From Candidatus Aminicenantes bacterium RBG_19FT_COMBO_65_30 (GTDB lineage: Bacteria; Acidobacteriota; Aminicenantia; Aminicenantales; Saccharicenantaceae): 64,000 nucleotides of DNA. Within the stretch, counting starts at the first letter, position 1. Each line of letters begins with the position of its first letter. The notes beneath the pieces were generated by a model, which saw nothing but the letters and a program-made list of their open reading frames with translations, ran no database searches and had not been told where the DNA came from. Below, one piece after another: positions 26,986 through 36,252 of the stretch. The stretch is taken from positions 5,739 to 69,738 of the forward strand of contig MEYF01000099.1 of assembly GCA_001775755.1 (NCBI GenBank), in the 5' to 3' direction. The position numbers and the translations under genes are program-made.

Positions 26986-27576
26986 GTTCGGCCCCTAAGA
27001 TACCAGAACGCCGCTGAGCTCGCAAGGAACGGATGCGCAGGATGTTGCTGTCTGGCGAGCCCCCTTACAAACGCTCGGAGTATTCCCGCCGTCGGCACGC
27101 GGCCCGTCCCGGCGAGCCGGGCCGCTTCGGCTCCGGGCTCCGCTCTCCTCTCCCTTCGGTCGAGGAACCGTGCCCGCTTCGCCCTCCTACGGCCTCCTCT
27201 TGGAACACCCCTGCGCGTTTTGCGTGGGCTCGCCTTCTAAACCTACAGCGAGCAAAGATGACCCCCGAGGCCCTCGTGTCGAGCGAGCTCATGAGCGAGC
27301 GAGACGACCGCTAAACCCGAGGCCGAGGGGTGTCGTCGGAGGAAGCATGAAGCGGCGCGATGAACTTTGCGGGCATTCGCGGGGCGTAGGCCACAAGGGG
27401 CGACGACACAACGGCGTGGGGGCCCCCCGCCCGCCCGGAACCGCTGATGCCTGGGAGCTCTTTGGAGCGGCGAGGACGGATGGGGGTGACGCCGAGGGAG
27501 GAGGAGCCCCGAGCCAATAGCCAATCGAAGGCGTTAAGAATCACCGCGGCGAACGACGACGATCCCCGAGGCCGCT
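26986..27576 (-). other. 591-bp ORF-free, GC-rich leader between moaD and aor; a candidate structured RNA or riboswitch region
   Basis: No protein-like ORF appears in any frame. The gene context (tungsto/molybdopterin enzyme) is typical for Moco/Tuco RNA motifs. The motif itself is not verified. Confidence 0.3.
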
Positions 27577-27852
27577 CTAGCCGCCGCCCATGATCGGGAA
27601 GACGGCGATGGTGTCTCCGTGCGCGAGCGGCGTCGCCAGTCCCTTGAGGGATTGGACGGGAACGCCGTTGACCATGACGATAAGGTAAGGCTTGAGTTGG
27701 TCGCCGGCGAAGATCTCCCGGCGGCGTTCGGGAGTGTCGCAGAGAAGGGCCAGGGCGTCGCTGACCGTCGCACGCTCTCCGACGATGACCTCCCGTTCGC
27801 GGCCCTGGAAAAGGTCCCGGAAATAGGCGAAGAACTTAGCTTTGACCGTCAT
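27577..27852 (-). CDS. moaD: MoaD/ThiS-family sulfur-carrier protein (C-terminal GG)
   Basis: 91 aa ending ...IAVFPIMGGG with a beta-grasp pattern. Confidence 0.75.
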   Translation of the reverse strand: MTVKAKFFAYFRDLFQGREREVIVGERATVSDALALLCDTPERRREIFAGDQLKPYLIVMVNGVPVQSLKGLATPLAHGDTIAVFPIMGGG

Positions 27853-28375
27853 CGGGCTTGACCGTTCCGAGAAGGTTCTCGTCCAGGAGCTCCTGGACGT
27901 CGGGGTCGCGGATGTCGAAGACGAGAGGGACGACAGGCGCGAGGACGGCGGCGAGATCTTCCAGGATCTCCTCCCTGGCGACGAGGAGGATCCTCCTCTC
28001 CGGCCGGCCGACCGTTTCGCGGAGGGCCGGCCACAGGCCTCCGCCCTGGAGCTCGAGGGGGCCGACTTCGTCGACGACGAGGAGCTCTCGGGCGTCGGCC
28101 TCGCGGATGATCGACCGGGCTAGGTCGAGCGCCGCAGGGACGAAGACGAACGGGCCGGTCCGCTCCGCCCCCGGCTCCCCTTGCCGCCGCAGGTAGGGCC
28201 GGCGGCGGCCTTCCTTGAGCTCGAGCAGGTCGTAGCCCTTCTCTCCGTCGGCGGCGGTCACGGCCGGGCTGAGGAACCCGGCGCATGAAACGCCGCGCGC
28301 CGTCCAGCGTGGCAGGGATCTTTCGAGGAACGTCGTTTTGCCCCCGTGGACGGGCCCGGAGAGGACGAGGACCAT
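27836..28375 (-). CDS. P-loop NTPase of the DUF2478/THEP1-like family
   Basis: Walker A GPVHGGKTTF and Walker B LLVVDEVG; 179 aa. It overlaps the moaD start by 17 bp. Confidence 0.6.
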   Translation of the reverse strand: MVLVLSGPVHGGKTTFLERSLPRWTARGVSCAGFLSPAVTAADGEKGYDLLELKEGRRRPYLRRQGEPGAERTGPFVFVPAALDLARSIIREADARELLVVDEVGPLELQGGGLWPALRETVGRPERRILLVAREEILEDLAAVLAPVVPLVFDIRDPDVQELLDENLLGTVKPDDGQS

Positions 28376-28381
28376 GCGTCC

Positions 28382-30514
28382 CTATCGGATGTTGACGCTC
28401 GCTTCGCCCGTCTGCAGGACTATGGCCTGCCCCATCGGGCTCCCGGCCGTCGCGCTGGTGAAGCCCAGGGACGTTTCGCCCTGGCCCATGGACGTAAAGA
28501 CGAGGACGGCCAGGACCGCCCGGCCCTTGAAGCCCCGGCCGCCCGGCGTGCCGGAGAAGCCGATGGTGCAAGTCCCGCCGCTGATGTGCTTGAGGAAAGG
28601 CACCTTATCCCCCAACTGCCGCAGGCCGCCGCCTTCGAGGACGTCCTTGAGCTTGAGGATCCGGGGATCGAAGGTCAGCACGAGGGAGGCGTTCCCGATC
28701 TCCTGCTCGCTCGAGAGTTCGACGTTCATCCGGAATTCCCGGCCGCGGGGGGCCTCGAAGCTGGCCGGTGAGAGGTAGACGGCGCTCGCGCCGGTGTCCT
28801 CCGGCTGGGCGGGGTTCTCATCGGCCAGGGCCGCCTCCTCGCGCGCGTCCATCGCCGCCCCGGCCGCGCCCGCGCCGGTGACGCCGGAGAGGTTGTCGGG
28901 ATCGACCCAAAGGGGCTTGGCATCGTCCTCGGAGATCTCGATGGCGCGGATGATGTGGGGGGTGATGGTCAGGATGACGTCGGTCTGCTCGATCGTCTTC
29001 TGGGTCGCGGAGAACAGGTTCCCCAGGAGAGGCAGGTCCTTGAGCCCGACGATCCCGCCGGTGGACTTGCGCTCCTCGTCGCGGAGGAGGCCGGCCAGGA
29101 GGTTCGTCTCGCCGTCCTTGAGCCGGACGGTGTTCTTGATCTCGCGGTTGGCGATGATGGGGATGCCGGCGACCCCCTCCGCCGCGATCGACGAGACCGT
29201 CAGCTCGATCTCCAGGGTCACCTCCCGCTCGAGGTGGATCCGAGGCGTCATCTTGATGGTGATGCCGATGTCCTGGAGGGTGTAGTTGACGATCGGCTGG
29301 GTATTGAGCCCGCCCGCGGCGATGGCCGCGAACGTCGAATTGATGATGGGGACTTTCTGGCCGACGATGTACTCCATCTTCTCGCCGCCGAGGCCGCGGA
29401 TCTTGGGCTGGGCGATGATCTTGGTGTCCGAGTCGGTGCCGAGGAATTGGGCGATGGCCGCGGGCACGGTGATCTGGTAGTTGGCCAGGTCTCCGAAGTC
29501 GAGGCCCTTGAACCGGAAATAGCCGTCGTCGGTCATCGAGCCGTCCGCGGGGTTGAGCCGGATGCCCAGGATACCGGAGCTGAGGTCGATGCCGAGCTTC
29601 TTCAGCCGGATCCGGTTGACCTCCATGATCTCGATGTCGATGATGACTTCGCCTTTCGACTTGTCCCAGGAGCGGAGGAGCTTCTCGGCCAGGGCCACGG
29701 CCTGCGGCGTATCCCGGATCGTGACCGAATTGAGGTTCTTGTCGACCTGGATGACCGGAACCTTGTACATGGTCTTGACCATCTGGGTCAGCCGCATCTG
29801 GACGTCGCTCGCGTCGATGTTGGACAGGTAGAAGGTCTTGATGGCGTTGAGCTCGTACTGCATGCGCTTCTGGACGTTGTCGGGGACGATGATGACGGTC
29901 CGCTCGTCGATGACGCGGGAAAAATTCTTGCTGGCGACGCAGAGGAAATTGACGGCCTGTTGGAGGTCCTTGCCGGTCAGGTCGATGGCCAGGTTGGTGT
30001 CGCGAAATGTGTCGTCGTAGAGGAAGTTCACGCCGGCGACGCGGCCCAGGGTTTGGAAGATCGAGCGCAGGGACACTTCGTTCCGGAAGCTCAGGTTGAG
30101 GGTCTCGCCGGAGCCCTTGAGCCGGACCGGGCCCTCGAGCTTTTCCTGAACGGACTTACCGCTTTTCGGCGGGGGCGCGAGAAGGGCCTGCAGCTCTTCG
30201 GCGGCCTTGAAGTTCCGGGGGTCGAAGAAGAGGGCTTTCTTGTAGTTGAGCTCGGCCTCCTTCCTCTTGTTCTGGGCGACGAGGCTTCGGGCCGTCTGAA
30301 CGAAGAAGAGGCCGGCCGAAGCCCTGGCCCGAACGAGGGCCAGGCGGTAGACCGAATCGTTGGGGTGGTTCAGGGCCGCTTTCTGGTAAAACTGGACGGC
30401 CTCCTCGTATTTCTGGTTCATTTCGGCCTTGACGCCCTGCCGGTAGTCCATGCTGAGCGTTTGACAGGCCCCGGCCGCCAGGGCCAAGACCAGGATCAAG
30501 GCGTATTTTTTCAT
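28382..30514 (-). CDS. pilQ: Secretin (PilQ/GspD family) lipoprotein with an N-terminal TPR region and a C-terminal ~190-aa extension
   Basis: Lipobox LAAGAC, TPR-like N-terminus, secretin core ...GIVGLKDLPLLGNLFSATQ..., and a C-terminal beta-rich cohesin-like tail. Confidence 0.8.
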   Translation of the reverse strand: MKKYALILVLALAAGACQTLSMDYRQGVKAEMNQKYEEAVQFYQKAALNHPNDSVYRLALVRARASAGLFFVQTARSLVAQNKRKEAELNYKKALFFDPRNFKAAEELQALLAPPPKSGKSVQEKLEGPVRLKGSGETLNLSFRNEVSLRSIFQTLGRVAGVNFLYDDTFRDTNLAIDLTGKDLQQAVNFLCVASKNFSRVIDERTVIIVPDNVQKRMQYELNAIKTFYLSNIDASDVQMRLTQMVKTMYKVPVIQVDKNLNSVTIRDTPQAVALAEKLLRSWDKSKGEVIIDIEIMEVNRIRLKKLGIDLSSGILGIRLNPADGSMTDDGYFRFKGLDFGDLANYQITVPAAIAQFLGTDSDTKIIAQPKIRGLGGEKMEYIVGQKVPIINSTFAAIAAGGLNTQPIVNYTLQDIGITIKMTPRIHLEREVTLEIELTVSSIAAEGVAGIPIIANREIKNTVRLKDGETNLLAGLLRDEERKSTGGIVGLKDLPLLGNLFSATQKTIEQTDVILTITPHIIRAIEISEDDAKPLWVDPDNLSGVTGAGAAGAAMDAREEAALADENPAQPEDTGASAVYLSPASFEAPRGREFRMNVELSSEQEIGNASLVLTFDPRILKLKDVLEGGGLRQLGDKVPFLKHISGGTCTIGFSGTPGGRGFKGRAVLAVLVFTSMGQGETSLGFTSATAGSPMGQAIVLQTGEASVNIR

Positions 30515-30972
30515 GGCCGCTCTCCTTGTCTCGGGAACGTTTTCCTCTCGGAATTGGGGCCCTGGACGACGATCGCATCGGCCGTGACCCCGACGACCTT
30601 GTAGCCGGGCGCGATCTCGTCGCCCTCTCCCACGGATACGGTCTGGCCGTTACGGAGGACGAGGGCGATCGTCCGGCCGCCGGACTTGATCGAGCCGATG
30701 TAGCTGATCCTCAGGGCGAAAGCCGGCGGGACTTCCGGCCGGGGGACTTCCGGCCCCGCGACGGCGGGTCCGCCGGCCCGGCGGACGGCCGCGGGGACAG
30801 CCGCGGTCTTCGGCCGGAAGATGTCGCGCACCGGCGGGGCGATCTCGCCGCTGCCGAAGACGAGGAGGTCCATGCGGACGAGGGATTTCGGGCGCTCGGC
30901 GTCCTGGGCCGCGAAGAGAGCCAAGGCCCCGCCGAGGACGAGACCCGCCACCGCCGCTTTCTTAGATGCCAT
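30511..30972 (-). CDS. pilP: PilP-like pilus-assembly / secretin-associated protein
   Basis: 153 aa with a signal/TM segment, a Pro-rich linker and a C-terminal beta domain. Its position between pilO and pilQ supports the call. Confidence 0.5.
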   Translation of the reverse strand: MASKKAAVAGLVLGGALALFAAQDAERPKSLVRMDLLVFGSGEIAPPVRDIFRPKTAAVPAAVRRAGGPAVAGPEVPRPEVPPAFALRISYIGSIKSGGRTIALVLRNGQTVSVGEGDEIAPGYKVVGVTADAIVVQGPNSERKTFPRQGERP

Positions 30973-31522
30973 AGTACCCCGCCAGTGTCAGCTTGGCGTT
31001 CAGGCGCTCGCCGCCGGAACCCGTCCTCGGGAAATCAACCTGCTCGATGACCAGGAACTTAGGGAACGCTTCAAGGGCGGCCAGGAGCTTCTTCAAGCCT
31101 GTGTACGTGCCCATGTAGGTGAAGGTGACGAGCGTTTTCCGGACCTGTTCCCTCTCCATTTCGGAATAGCCGTAGTTGAGATCGGTGATGGTCGTCCCGG
31201 CCAGGGCAAAGATCTGCTCAAGATCCTGGCGCAAGGCCTGGACCCCTTCCTCTTTTTCGTAGAAATAGCCCGTTCGGAGCTCTTCGAGGTCGCGGCCCGC
31301 GTCCTCCCAGCGCTTCCACTCGGCCCTGGCTTCGTCGCGCGCCAGGACGGCCCTCTGGGCGGATTCCTGAAGACGGAACGAGGCCGTCCTTTCCTTCTCC
31401 AGGCCGCCACGCATCCGCGCGAACAGGACGAGGAAGACGACCAGGGCGAGGATCGCGGCCAGGCCGAGCCGGCCGAACGTCCGCCGCTCCGTGTCGTTGA
31501 ACTGGTCAAAGAACGCGTTCAT
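30962..31522 (-). CDS. pilO: PilO/GspM-like inner-membrane assembly protein
   Basis: 186 aa with an N-terminal TM helix, a coiled coil and a C-terminal ferredoxin-like domain. Gene order supports the call. Confidence 0.55.
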   Translation of the reverse strand: MNAFFDQFNDTERRTFGRLGLAAILALVVFLVLFARMRGGLEKERTASFRLQESAQRAVLARDEARAEWKRWEDAGRDLEELRTGYFYEKEEGVQALRQDLEQIFALAGTTITDLNYGYSEMEREQVRKTLVTFTYMGTYTGLKKLLAALEAFPKFLVIEQVDFPRTGSGGERLNAKLTLAGYYGI

Positions 31523-32072
31523 AGCTCAGGGTAATCTCCGCGATGAGCCGGCCTTCCTGGCTCCGGGTCTCGCCGCCGACTTGGATATGCTTGAAGCCGC
31601 GGGCGGTGAGGTCGGTGATGAACGCGAGGAGGTCGTCGAGGCTGCGCGAGGTCACCGACATGCGCATCGTGATCGCGCTGTCCGTCGTGAAGCCCGGGCT
31701 GAGCGTCGTGATATAGCTCGGCCCGGGGAGCGCCTGCTCGAGCTCCGAGAAAAGCGCCGTCCAAAGGAACGTCTTCCTCAGGATGATGCCGTTGACGAGG
31801 TCCACCCGCGTCCGGCTGAGCCCCTCTTCCCTCTGGATGTCGGCCGTCAGGCGCTTCTCCTCGATCTCGGCCTCGCCCTGGAGAATCCGCATCTCGGCGC
31901 TCGAGGACTTGAGCCGGGCCGCTTCGCCGCCGTATTTCAGGATGTCGAACGCGGTCAGGGCGGCGAGAACGACGATGAACAGGGCCAGGGCCCAGAGGAC
32001 GGCCGCATAGAAGCGCCGGTTCCGGAGCGGCCTCGTGGCCAGGTTCAGGTTGAGCGTGACACGTTCATTCAT
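31506..32072 (-). CDS. pilN: PilN-like inner-membrane assembly protein
   Basis: MNERVTLNLNLATRPLRNRRFYAAVLWALALFIVVL (typical PilN N-terminus and TM helix). The start is at Met 32072, overlapping the pilM stop. Confidence 0.6.
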   Translation of the reverse strand: MNERVTLNLNLATRPLRNRRFYAAVLWALALFIVVLAALTAFDILKYGGEAARLKSSSAEMRILQGEAEIEEKRLTADIQREEGLSRTRVDLVNGIILRKTFLWTALFSELEQALPGPSYITTLSPGFTTDSAITMRMSVTSRSLDDLLAFITDLTARGFKHIQVGGETRSQEGRLIAEITLSYERVL

Positions 32073-33013
32073 AGAATCTGTCCGACGAGAGGGGCGAGCA
32101 GGTCCTTTTGGGCCTCGGTCCACACCTCGGGAGCCTCGTAATCGACGGATTGGATCGGCAGGACGATCCTCTCTTTCAGCCGGCCCATGACCTCCGGCCT
32201 TTCCGCGGCGGCGGCGCAGCGGAGCCAGAGCCTCTCGATCCTCGTCTTGTCCTTGTCCTCAAGGAAGCGGATGGTGTTCTCCACTTCCCTGACGATATTG
32301 CCGGCGCGGTCATCCGGCCCGGTCCCGCCGGGAGCGCCGACGTCCTTTTGGCGGTAGAGCGCCCAGCCGGAATCGAGGAGCGCCAGGAGCGTCAGGGCTT
32401 CGTCTTCCAGGTTGAGGAGGATGCCGTTGGCCGAGCTTTCCCGCCCGACCAGGTTGACCAGGGTCAGGGACGGGATGGTCACGAGCACCGGCTTCAGCCC
32501 GGCTTTTTCGAACAGAGCTTCGTACTCCCAGACAACCACCTGGCGGGCCATGGCCACGATGACCTTTCTTGAGCCCCGTCCAGGCGTGACCGCGTAGTCG
32601 ATCCGGGCGTCCTCGGGGATGAGAGGCATCTGCTTGCCGATGCGCCAGCGGATAAAGGTGTCCCTCTCCTTGCCGGAGCCTGGAAAGGAGTCGACATTCA
32701 GGACGAAGACGCGGACGGCCGGCTCGGGGATGAGGAGGGCGGCCGACCCGGAGGAGATGTGGAGGTTCTTCTTCCCCTGCGTGATAGCCTCCTCGAGGGC
32801 CGCCGGATCGGTCACGTTGGGCCGGTCGAACGAAGGACTGACCGGGCGTTCCCGGAAGGGCAGGACGAAGCCGCCCTTGATCGACCCGTCATTCTTGGCG
32901 ACGCGGATGCCGCTCAGGTACGCCGGGGCGATCTGGAAGACGGCGTCGGGCAGGAGCCGTTCGGTGAAATGAGTTTTGAGGCGTTTCCCGAGCGTCACGC
33001 GGTCACTCCACAA
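32069..33013 (-). CDS. pilM: PilM/GspL-like actin-fold assembly protein (start uncertain; the TTG at 33013 comes from the track)
   Basis: 314 aa in the upstream position of the pilMNOPQ order. The fold assignment comes from context. Confidence 0.5.
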   Translation of the reverse strand: MWSDRVTLGKRLKTHFTERLLPDAVFQIAPAYLSGIRVAKNDGSIKGGFVLPFRERPVSPSFDRPNVTDPAALEEAITQGKKNLHISSGSAALLIPEPAVRVFVLNVDSFPGSGKERDTFIRWRIGKQMPLIPEDARIDYAVTPGRGSRKVIVAMARQVVVWEYEALFEKAGLKPVLVTIPSLTLVNLVGRESSANGILLNLEDEALTLLALLDSGWALYRQKDVGAPGGTGPDDRAGNIVREVENTIRFLEDKDKTRIERLWLRCAAAAERPEVMGRLKERIVLPIQSVDYEAPEVWTEAQKDLLAPLVGQIL

Positions 33014-34610
33014 AGGTCACTTTGTTCAGGTCCTTGAGGCTGGTTATCCCCGCCCGGACCTTGTCCAAGCCGACTTCTCTCAAAAACACCATGCCCTCCG
33101 CCTTGGCCCGTTTCTTGACCTCGGAGAGGGGTCTTTTCTCAAGGATGAGTTCCCGGATGGGGTCCGAGAGCTCGAGGATCTCGGCGATGGCCGTCCGGCC
33201 CTGGTAGCCCGTGAAATTGCATTCGGGACATCCCTTCGGCTCGAAGAAGTCGGTCTCCGCGTGCCGGGCCGGATCGAGGCCCGACTCCGCGAGCTGCGGG
33301 GCGCCGTAGCGGACGGGGACCTTGCAACGCGGGCAGAGGATCCGGACCAGGCGCTGGGCCAGGATGCAATTGAGGGCCGAGATGAAGCTGTAGGGGTCGA
33401 CCTGCATATGGAGGAAGCGCCCGATGACGTCGAAGACGTTGTTGGCGTGAACGGTCGTGAAGACGAGGTGGCCGGTCAGAGCGGACTGGATGGCGATCTG
33501 GGCCGTTTCGGGATCGCGGATCTCGCCGACCATGATCTTGTCCGGGTCGTGGCGGAGGATGGAGCGCAGCCCCCGGGCGAAGGTCAGGCCCTTCTTCTCG
33601 TTGACGGGGATCTGGGTGATGCCGTCGACCTGGTACTCGACGGGGTCCTCGATGGTGATGATCTTGTCTTCCGGGGACTTGATCTCCGTCAGGGCCGCGT
33701 AGAGAGTCGTCGTCTTGCCGCTGCCCGTCGGCCCGGTGACCAGGACCATGCCGTAGGGCTGGGCGATGTACTTGCGGAATTTCTTCTGGATCTCGTCGGT
33801 GAAGCCGAGGAGGTCCAGGCGCAGCTCGCGGATGGCCTGGGTGATCATCTCTTTGTCGAGGATGCGGATGACCGCGTCCTCGCCGTAGATGCAGGGCATG
33901 ATGGAGACGCGGAAATCGATGGTCTTGTCCTTGATCTTGAGCCGGAAGCGACCGTCCTGGGGGACGCGGCGCTCGGCGATGTCCAGGTCGGACATGACCT
34001 TGATGCGGGAGATGATGGGCGACTGGAACTTCTTGTCGATGGCCTCCATCGCCTCGCCGAGGACGCCGTCGATCCGATATTTGATCTTGACGTCGTCTTC
34101 CTTGGATTCGATGTGGATGTCGCTCGCCCGTTTCTGGACGGCGGTGAAGATGATCGTGTGGACGAGCTTGATGATCGAATCGTCCTGGTCGGCCAGCTTC
34201 TCGATGGAGATGACGTCCTCTTCCTCCCCGCTCTCGCGCTCGACGACCTGGGTGACGAAGCCCTCGGTGGCGTCGCGGAGGACTTGCATGGCCGTCTCGC
34301 TCTTCCTCAGGGCCTCAAGGATGGCCCGCTTGGAGGCGGCGAAGACCTTGACCCTTTTCCCCAGGAAGGCTTCGATGGCGTCGATGGAGGCGATGTCGGA
34401 CGGGTCGGCGACGGCGATCTTCATGACGCCATCCTCGTCGCCGAGGGGGACGAAGTTGAGACGGTGGAGGAATTCGACGGGGAACGACTGGATGAGGTTG
34501 CGGTCGAGCCGTTCGGTCTCGAGGTCGAGGTAGGGAACGCGGTAGCGTGCGGCCAGGGTCCGGGTGGCCTTCTCCTCGCCGCCGACGTTATCCTGCCTAT
34601 CCTTGCTCAT
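33003..34610 (-). CDS. pilB: Type IV pilus assembly / type II secretion ATPase (GspE/PilB family)
   Basis: VTGPTGSGKTTTL Walker A, the tetracysteine motif CPRCK...CPEC, and a GSPII_E N-terminal domain. Confidence 0.9.
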   Translation of the reverse strand: MSKDRQDNVGGEEKATRTLAARYRVPYLDLETERLDRNLIQSFPVEFLHRLNFVPLGDEDGVMKIAVADPSDIASIDAIEAFLGKRVKVFAASKRAILEALRKSETAMQVLRDATEGFVTQVVERESGEEEDVISIEKLADQDDSIIKLVHTIIFTAVQKRASDIHIESKEDDVKIKYRIDGVLGEAMEAIDKKFQSPIISRIKVMSDLDIAERRVPQDGRFRLKIKDKTIDFRVSIMPCIYGEDAVIRILDKEMITQAIRELRLDLLGFTDEIQKKFRKYIAQPYGMVLVTGPTGSGKTTTLYAALTEIKSPEDKIITIEDPVEYQVDGITQIPVNEKKGLTFARGLRSILRHDPDKIMVGEIRDPETAQIAIQSALTGHLVFTTVHANNVFDVIGRFLHMQVDPYSFISALNCILAQRLVRILCPRCKVPVRYGAPQLAESGLDPARHAETDFFEPKGCPECNFTGYQGRTAIAEILELSDPIRELILEKRPLSEVKKRAKAEGMVFLREVGLDKVRAGITSLKDLNKVTFVE

Positions 34611-34631
34611 GTCCCTCGCCTCCCGGGTCGT

Positions 34632-35840
34632 TCATCGGGCGATCCTGATGATGTTGAAGATCGGTATATACACCGAAAGAAGCATCGCCGCCACCACGAG
34701 TCCCATCATGATGATGACCACCGGCTCGATCAGGGTGACCAGTGTCTCGATTTTACCACGAACCCGCTCGTCGTAAAAGTCGGCCATGTCGCCGAGCATT
34801 CCCTGGAGATTGGCCGAGCTCTCCCCGATGCGGACCATGTCCAGGGCCAGGGCCGGGAACGTCCCGGCCGAGGTCAGAGACTCGGACAGGCTCTCGCCGT
34901 TTTTTATGTGGTCCGGGACGTCTTCCATGTGCTTGACGATCCAGGCGTTGGGCACCGCCTGGATGGCGATGCCGATCGCCGCGAGCAGGGAGATGCCCGC
35001 TTCGAGGAGGAGGCCGAGGGTCCGGCTGAAAAGGCTGATGCCCGACTCGAGCCAGATCGTCCGGCCATAGGGAACGCGGAGCTTGGCCCGGTCCAGGTGG
35101 AAGCGGAAATCCGGCCTCCGCCGCAACCGGTAGATCAGGAAGGCGACCGCCAGGAAAGCGGCCACCAGGATGTACCAGTGCCGGCTCATGATCAGGGCGA
35201 AGGCCATGATAAGCCGGGTGATCCAGGGCAGCTCGGCCTCGAAGCTCTTGTAGAAATCGGCGAAATTGGGCAGGACGAAGTTGACCAGGAGGCCTATGAG
35301 GATGAAGGAGAAGACGATGAGGATCGTCGGGTAGGTCATGGCCGACTTGATCCGGGCCCGGGTTTGGGTGATCACCTTGGCGTACTGGATGTAGCGGCCG
35401 ATCGACCCGGCGAGGTTGCCGCTCTTTTCCCCGGCCATCAGACTGGCCGTATAGACCGGGGAGAACAGCTTCTCATAGGGCAGGAAGGCCTCGGACAGGG
35501 CCTTGCCCCTCTTGACCTCCCCGGTGACCTTGATCAGGATCTCCCTGAGGTGGACGTTCTTGACCCGGGCGGTAATGGCGTCGAGGCCCTTGAGGATAGG
35601 ATAACCTGCTTTGATGAGGGCGACGAGCTCCTGGTTGAACAGGATGATGTCCTTATCCTTGACCTTTCGCCCCAACCCGAAGCCCTGCTTCCCCAGCCTT
35701 TTCCAGTCGCGCCGGATGGAGAGGACGAGCAAGCCCTCAAATTCGGACATTTTCCGGCCTTCCTCGGCCGACGGCGCCAGGACGGACCGGCTATCGACCC
35801 GGCCATCCTCACCGGCGATCCGGCACAGATAGTACGGCAT
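34632..35840 (-). CDS. pilC: Type II secretion system F-family inner-membrane platform protein (PilC/GspF)
   Basis: 402 aa with two T2SF repeats and three TM regions. Confidence 0.85.
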   Translation of the reverse strand: MPYYLCRIAGEDGRVDSRSVLAPSAEEGRKMSEFEGLLVLSIRRDWKRLGKQGFGLGRKVKDKDIILFNQELVALIKAGYPILKGLDAITARVKNVHLREILIKVTGEVKRGKALSEAFLPYEKLFSPVYTASLMAGEKSGNLAGSIGRYIQYAKVITQTRARIKSAMTYPTILIVFSFILIGLLVNFVLPNFADFYKSFEAELPWITRLIMAFALIMSRHWYILVAAFLAVAFLIYRLRRRPDFRFHLDRAKLRVPYGRTIWLESGISLFSRTLGLLLEAGISLLAAIGIAIQAVPNAWIVKHMEDVPDHIKNGESLSESLTSAGTFPALALDMVRIGESSANLQGMLGDMADFYDERVRGKIETLVTLIEPVVIIMMGLVVAAMLLSVYIPIFNIIRIAR

Positions 35841-35894
35841 TTTGGCGAATTTCCGTTATTATTTAGTCGCCCCTAATCTATTCCAGGGCGCAAT

Positions 35895-35948
35895 TATTGT
35901 CAAACAGGAGTCTTCGGAGGAAGCTCGCCGGAGCTCGTATTGACAAAC
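35895..35948. promoter_or_regulatory. Two near-identical 11-bp elements tattgtcaaac / tattgacaaac, 43 bp apart, in the pilC / sensor-kinase divergent region
   Basis: Seen directly. Each contains a -35-like TTGACA/TTGTCA. The second is followed by a possible -10 (TAACTA/ACTATA). Confidence 0.3.
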
Positions 35949-35976
35949 CCGGGGATAAGGATTAACTATAGGTGCC

Positions 35977-36252
35977 GTGACCTATACCAAGAAGGCCCTC
36001 TCGGGAGCGCTGGCAGGGGCGATTTTCGGCCTATTCCTTGGTTCCCCGGCGATGCGGCCCGGGTCGCGGACGGCGGCCCAGGAGCCTCCTCCCCAGGAAG
36101 TCCAAAAGCCCAACTATGATTACATGAGCGGGTTCCTTTCGAGGAGCACTAATCCGCTCGGGCTCAAGGACGATCCGGCCGCGAGGAGAATGCTCGGTCA
36201 GGGCTCCGTTCCGTGGGCCATCCGGGCCGGGTCGCGGCACGTCCTCGACTGA
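35977..36252 (+). CDS. Possible small secreted or membrane protein (GTG start); weak call
   Basis: The N-terminal hydrophobic segment ALSGALAGAIFGLFLGSPA is then followed by Pro/Arg-rich sequence that could be GC noise. Confidence 0.25.
   Translation: MTYTKKALSGALAGAIFGLFLGSPAMRPGSRTAAQEPPPQEVQKPNYDYMSGFLSRSTNPLGLKDDPAARRMLGQGSVPWAIRAGSRHVLD

Noticed and set aside
27033-27544. Several 75-116-aa ORFs inside the aor leader
   Set aside because: None has a protein-like composition or an RBS, so I treated the region as non-coding.
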